Positions 36,777-39,935 of a stretch of DNA of 39,935 nt are shown here, in pieces. The position numbers and the translations under genes were made by a program. The notes beneath the pieces are model-generated. The model made no database searches and was not told where the DNA came from. It saw only the letters and a list, made by a program, of their open reading frames with translations. Each line of letters begins with the position of its first letter. The stretch's first letter is position 1. This stretch comes from a virus (taxonomy: Duplodnaviria > Caudoviricetes), in IMG/VR virus record IMGVR_UViG_3300037722_000246, positions 1 through 39,935 of that record; one strand, given 5' to 3'.

Positions 36777-37392
36777 TACTGATTTTCAATCATTCGTATT
36801 GCGTCATGCCTGGAACGTTGCGTTTTATTCATTTTTCGGCATGTTTGGTTTGGCGCTGGGCGGACTAACCATTGTACGTGTTTTTGATGCCAGGGCCTGG
36901 GGAAATACCACACTGGATTGGCAATCAGTTTTGATAATCGCATTTGCGGCCGGGTTGGCATGGATGGCATTTGGTGGCGTTGTGTCACTTGGTTTGCGAG
37001 TGCGGGCCTGGGAAGCGTTCAAGCTGGAACAATTTGAATTGGCACATGCGCACTTGAACACCAAACCAGAACCAGTACAATCAATAACAAAATCGCAAAC
37101 CTCCCGCGAAGTGACTATAAAAACCATACGAGGTACGGCTGTTATTGTACAACCACGTGCTGGTGCATTTGCCTCTTGGCTGCGTGATGTCCTGAATCCA
37201 GACACGAAAACAATGTTTTCCAAAAATGAGGCCAAACGACGGGAATGGGAGAATTGGCAATACATTAATCTTGTAGCGCAGCTTAAAGATATTGGTTGGC
37301 TGCATGAGCAGCGGACGTTCAACGGATCGCCTGATTTGGACGGTCAAAATGTTGAGGAAATGCGGACGTGGTTAAACACACCGCTATTATGA
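36742..37392 (+). CDS. membrane protein (2 TM + soluble domain; start uncertain)
   Basis: Two long hydrophobic segments. Confidence 0.6.
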   Translation: MDGPGLGRSVHNTDFQSFVLRHAWNVAFYSFFGMFGLALGGLTIVRVFDARAWGNTTLDWQSVLIIAFAAGLAWMAFGGVVSLGLRVRAWEAFKLEQFELAHAHLNTKPEPVQSITKSQTSREVTIKTIRGTAVIVQPRAGAFASWLRDVLNPDTKTMFSKNEAKRREWENWQYINLVAQLKDIGWLHEQRTFNGSPDLDGQNVEEMRTWLNTPLL

Positions 37393-37402
37393 GGAGATTA
37401 AA

Positions 37403-37597
37403 ATGAGTGGACCAGACTGGGTTTTAGGATTGTTGGGAATTGAACCGGAAGATGTTCCGATGGCCGTTTTTGATAATGATAATAATTTTGTGTGTACTGT
37501 CAGTTATGATGAATATCATGGTATTATCGAAGGCGAATATCAGGTGAACGACGGGCCTGGTATGCCATACAGCAATACATTGGAGAAAAAACAATGA
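37403..37597 (+). CDS. hypothetical acidic protein
   Basis: RBS GAGGAG. Confidence 0.55.
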   Translation: MSGPDWVLGLLGIEPEDVPMAVFDNDNNFVCTVSYDEYHGIIEGEYQVNDGPGMPYSNTLEKKQ

Positions 37598-38088
37598 TTG
37601 GGTTAAATATCAAAATAGTTAGTCAAATTGAGAAGAAATTTATTGTCAATAAAATGCCAGGCGGTTCGTTGGACAAAATTCCAAAATCGGCAATAGCTGC
37701 TGTTACTGCTGCAATTGTGGTAAGCCAAGAAAGAAGATTATTTGCAAGCATTGATGAAGCAATAGCGGGCGCTGTTGAAGGAGTTGAAACCATGAAAGCA
37801 TTATCAATCAAACAGCCCTGGCATTGGGGCATTACTGAATTCGATCACCTTCGTTCTATGGGAGTTCTCATATCCCATCATCAAGTGAAAAAGGAACTGA
37901 AGAAAATCGCCACGCGGCGGAATTGGGGCAGGGCGCGGAAGGTGTCACACAAACGGCCGTCACCTCAGTTGTCACGGCATGACCTTGAACTGCTAAAAGT
38001 TCAGGCCATATTTAACGCATCTACGAAGCGGAATCGAGAAACCATCATCGCAATAGGAGAGGCGTTCTTGCCGCGTGTGGGGATATGA
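37594..38088 (+). CDS. hypothetical, probably mosaic protein containing an ASCH-like start motif
   Basis: Internal RBS GAAGGAG + ATG 37792 encoding MKALSIKQPW. Confidence 0.5.
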   Translation: MIGLNIKIVSQIEKKFIVNKMPGGSLDKIPKSAIAAVTAAIVVSQERRLFASIDEAIAGAVEGVETMKALSIKQPWHWGITEFDHLRSMGVLISHHQVKKELKKIATRRNWGRARKVSHKRPSPQLSRHDLELLKVQAIFNASTKRNRETIIAIGEAFLPRVGI

Positions 38089-38269
38089 AACAGCTTCAAT
38101 TTGAGATGATTGTTTGGGATAAGGCTTGGAAAACTTGCCATTGGTGCAAAAACGACGATAGAAAGCGCCCTGGCTGTCTGTGTTGCCTTGGAAAAAGCGA
38201 CAAATGAGGTGCTTATGCAAGCCAAACAAACATTAGAGGACAAACATTAATTATCTTAGGAGATGACAC

Positions 38270-39457
38270 ATGTCTACTGGTTTTTTGGGTTTCCACATGC
38301 AAGGCGCAGTCCAAAATTGGCCAAATGCGATTAAACTTTTACCGGCCGGCACATGGTGTAAGTCGTTAAACGATCAACACCTATGTCGAGACTTAAAAGC
38401 TGTCAATCCTGGTATCAAAACAGTTTTTCGATATGAGTTCAACCGACATCAAAACCTAGTTGGCAATTACAAAGATTTGGCGCGGGATTTCTTCAGCCGG
38501 TTCATTGACGGCACGTTCTGGGAACAAAAATTATACCTATACATTGACGCCATAGAAGAGTGGAATGAATATCTTGCCAATAGCCAATCATCAGTTGAGC
38601 GTATGAATTGGCTTAATTGGTGCAAGGCTGTGAACGATGTTTGGTCAATGGAATATCGCACAAAGCCAGAATTGAAACATATCCGACTGGTTAGTTGTAA
38701 TACGGCGATTGGTAATGACATCCCGCCGGCGTTTGCTGAGGTAGTGGCAGCGCATGATGGCATACTCGGATACCACAATTACACCAACGTCTATGATAAG
38801 CAAGTCAGGCCGGAAGATTGGCAATATTACTCAGGCCGATGGGTAACAATGGACACCACATACAAGGTCAACGGCACTCAGGTTGAATGGCTATTTACCG
38901 AAGGCGGGCCGACGATCATGGGCACATTCGACGGCCAGCATTATGGTGGCGTTACTGAAGGCTGGCGACATAATAAGTGCTATAATGGCGACATTGATGC
39001 CTATGTCAATGGCACAATTCAGTATCAATTGGATAGGATCGCGGCATGGAATAAAACCAACAATAACCGATGCCTGGGCGGTGTCCTCTTCACCTCGGAA
39101 AATACTAAAGATAGCATCTGGAAAAACTTCCATTTGTTTGAATCCGAGATGGTGAAAGTTGCGCAAAAGGCAGCTTCGTATGTTCCTGTTACGCCTTCTG
39201 CTGAACCGCCTCCGGGTGATTGGCAACAGGCTGCATGGAACAAGTCGATCGAGATGCAAATTAGTAACGGCATTATGCTAAATGCTAAGGCAGCTATACA
39301 AGGTCAAATACTCTCTGATGGCTTCATCCCAGTCCAAAATGAGTTTCAGCACGAAGGGCGAACGTATCAGGCGGCCGAAACGCTTGACAATAGTAAGTCC
39401 CGACGACTATACTGGTGGACAGTTAGTGATGGTGTTAATTGGTTTCCCAAGCCATAG
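38270..39457 (+). CDS. glycoside-hydrolase-like TIM-barrel protein, candidate endolysin
   Basis: Clan GH-A-like WNE, GYHNY, FTEGG; Pro-rich linker before a small C-terminal domain; RBS AGGAG. Confidence 0.6.
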   Translation: MSTGFLGFHMQGAVQNWPNAIKLLPAGTWCKSLNDQHLCRDLKAVNPGIKTVFRYEFNRHQNLVGNYKDLARDFFSRFIDGTFWEQKLYLYIDAIEEWNEYLANSQSSVERMNWLNWCKAVNDVWSMEYRTKPELKHIRLVSCNTAIGNDIPPAFAEVVAAHDGILGYHNYTNVYDKQVRPEDWQYYSGRWVTMDTTYKVNGTQVEWLFTEGGPTIMGTFDGQHYGGVTEGWRHNKCYNGDIDAYVNGTIQYQLDRIAAWNKTNNNRCLGGVLFTSENTKDSIWKNFHLFESEMVKVAQKAASYVPVTPSAEPPPGDWQQAAWNKSIEMQISNGIMLNAKAAIQGQILSDGFIPVQNEFQHEGRTYQAAETLDNSKSRRLYWWTVSDGVNWFPKP

Positions 39458-39483
39458 AATCCATTTTGTTTTCCTGATGAGAC

Positions 39484-39519
39484 AAGAGGCCCCGGTTGTG
39501 TACCGGGGTCTTTTGTTTT
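39484..39519 (+). terminator. intrinsic terminator after the lysin candidate
   Basis: AGAGGCCCCGGT-tgtgt-ACCGGGGTCTTT followed by TGTTTT. Confidence 0.75.
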
Positions 39520-39532
39520 AAAATGTATCCAT

Positions 39533-39892
39533 ATGAGAGCAGCGAGAGTTTGTGCCCGACGTGGGTGTATCAATTTAGTAAACGGCAATGGTAGCATGTG
39601 CCTAGAGCATACAAGGTCAGCACGTCGCCAACGTGATGCCACTAATACCCGTCCCTCTACTGCCCAGCGTTATGGCCCGAAGTGGCGATTCATCCGAGCG
39701 CAGTACATCAAAAGATACCCATCATGTGCAGTATGTGGCAAGCTAGCAAAGCAAGTCGATCACATCATTCCTTATGAAGTTTGCAAGTCTCATGCTTGGG
39801 ATAACTTGCAATCGCTGTGTCACTCTTGCCATAGTCGAAAGACGGCAAAATATGATGGTGGATTTGGAAATGCCAGGGTGCAGCATGGCTAG
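39533..39892 (+). CDS. HNH endonuclease (HK97 gp74-like, packaging-associated)
   Basis: CAVC...VDHIIP...NLQSLCHSCHSRKT; immediately upstream of terS if the genome is circular. Confidence 0.9.
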   Translation: MRAARVCARRGCINLVNGNGSMCLEHTRSARRQRDATNTRPSTAQRYGPKWRFIRAQYIKRYPSCAVCGKLAKQVDHIIPYEVCKSHAWDNLQSLCHSCHSRKTAKYDGGFGNARVQHG

Positions 39893-39935
39893 GGGTATGC
39901 GGGATCGGATCGCTGCGTATGCGCGTTTTGCGCAG

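Larger units (their letters stand above)
1845..37960. repeat. dispersed palindrome ACGGCCGT (>=18 exact copies)
   Basis: Hand-located copies are listed in the findings. Confidence 0.9.
1700..39618. repeat. dispersed 10-mer ATACAAGGTC / GACCTTGTAT (>=36 exact copies)
   Basis: Hand-located copies are listed in the findings. Confidence 0.95.

Noticed and set aside
1700-39618. CRISPR array or mini-array built from the ATACAAGGTC repeats
   Set aside because: Copies are 10 bp, irregularly spaced, in both orientations and mostly inside genes; there is no repeat-spacer periodicity.
1700-39618. Classical stoperator interpretation of the 10-mer
   Set aside because: Not favoured: 11 of 36 copies are reversed although transcription is one-directional, and most are deep inside genes. 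Kept only as one hypothesis.
90-39642. Minus-strand ORFs in the track (e.g. 90..548, 615..1100, 4295..4780, 31210..31686, 34226..34693, 36825..37322)
   Set aside because: They are shadows of well-supported + strand genes, with no recognisable motifs.
1-39935. tRNA, rRNA, integrase/att site, IS element, intron or intein
   Set aside because: No cloverleaf, recombinase or transposase motifs, or interrupted core genes recognised by eye; a tRNAscan/HMM run is needed for certainty.

Overview
The window looks like a complete or nearly complete ~40 kb siphovirus (HK97-type head, non-contractile tail), opened just before the small terminase gene. Every convincing gene is on the + strand. Order: terS, terL, portal-MuF fusion, Zn-repeat endonuclease, prohead protease, capsid, glycosyl/methyltransferase cluster, head-tail genes, tail (with a -1 frameshifted chaperone), EAD7-like gene and holin, then an early/replication arm (RHH regulator, ERCC4 nuclease, RecT-like, J-domain, vWA, PrimPol, PAPS-reductase-like, D5/SF3 helicase with iterons, TGT/DpdA-like), a glycoside-hydrolase lysin candidate and a packaging-type HNH. 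I found no integrase, CRISPR, tRNA or reverse transcriptase. The strongest signal not explained by genes is the non-palindromic 10-mer ATACAAGGTC: at least 36 exact copies by hand count, on both strands and in all reading frames, with inverted pairs forming a duplicated 38-bp hairpin. Other highlights: the iterated palindrome ACGGCCGT, a candidate antisense sRNA made of 13 five-nt repeats, a four-copy promoter motif, two C4/CI-like leader RNAs, a probable virion-glycosylation module and a phage-borne EAD7-like domain. A Chloroflexota host is inferred, not shown. All product calls come from motif recognition by eye, with no database searches, and motif counts are manual minimums.
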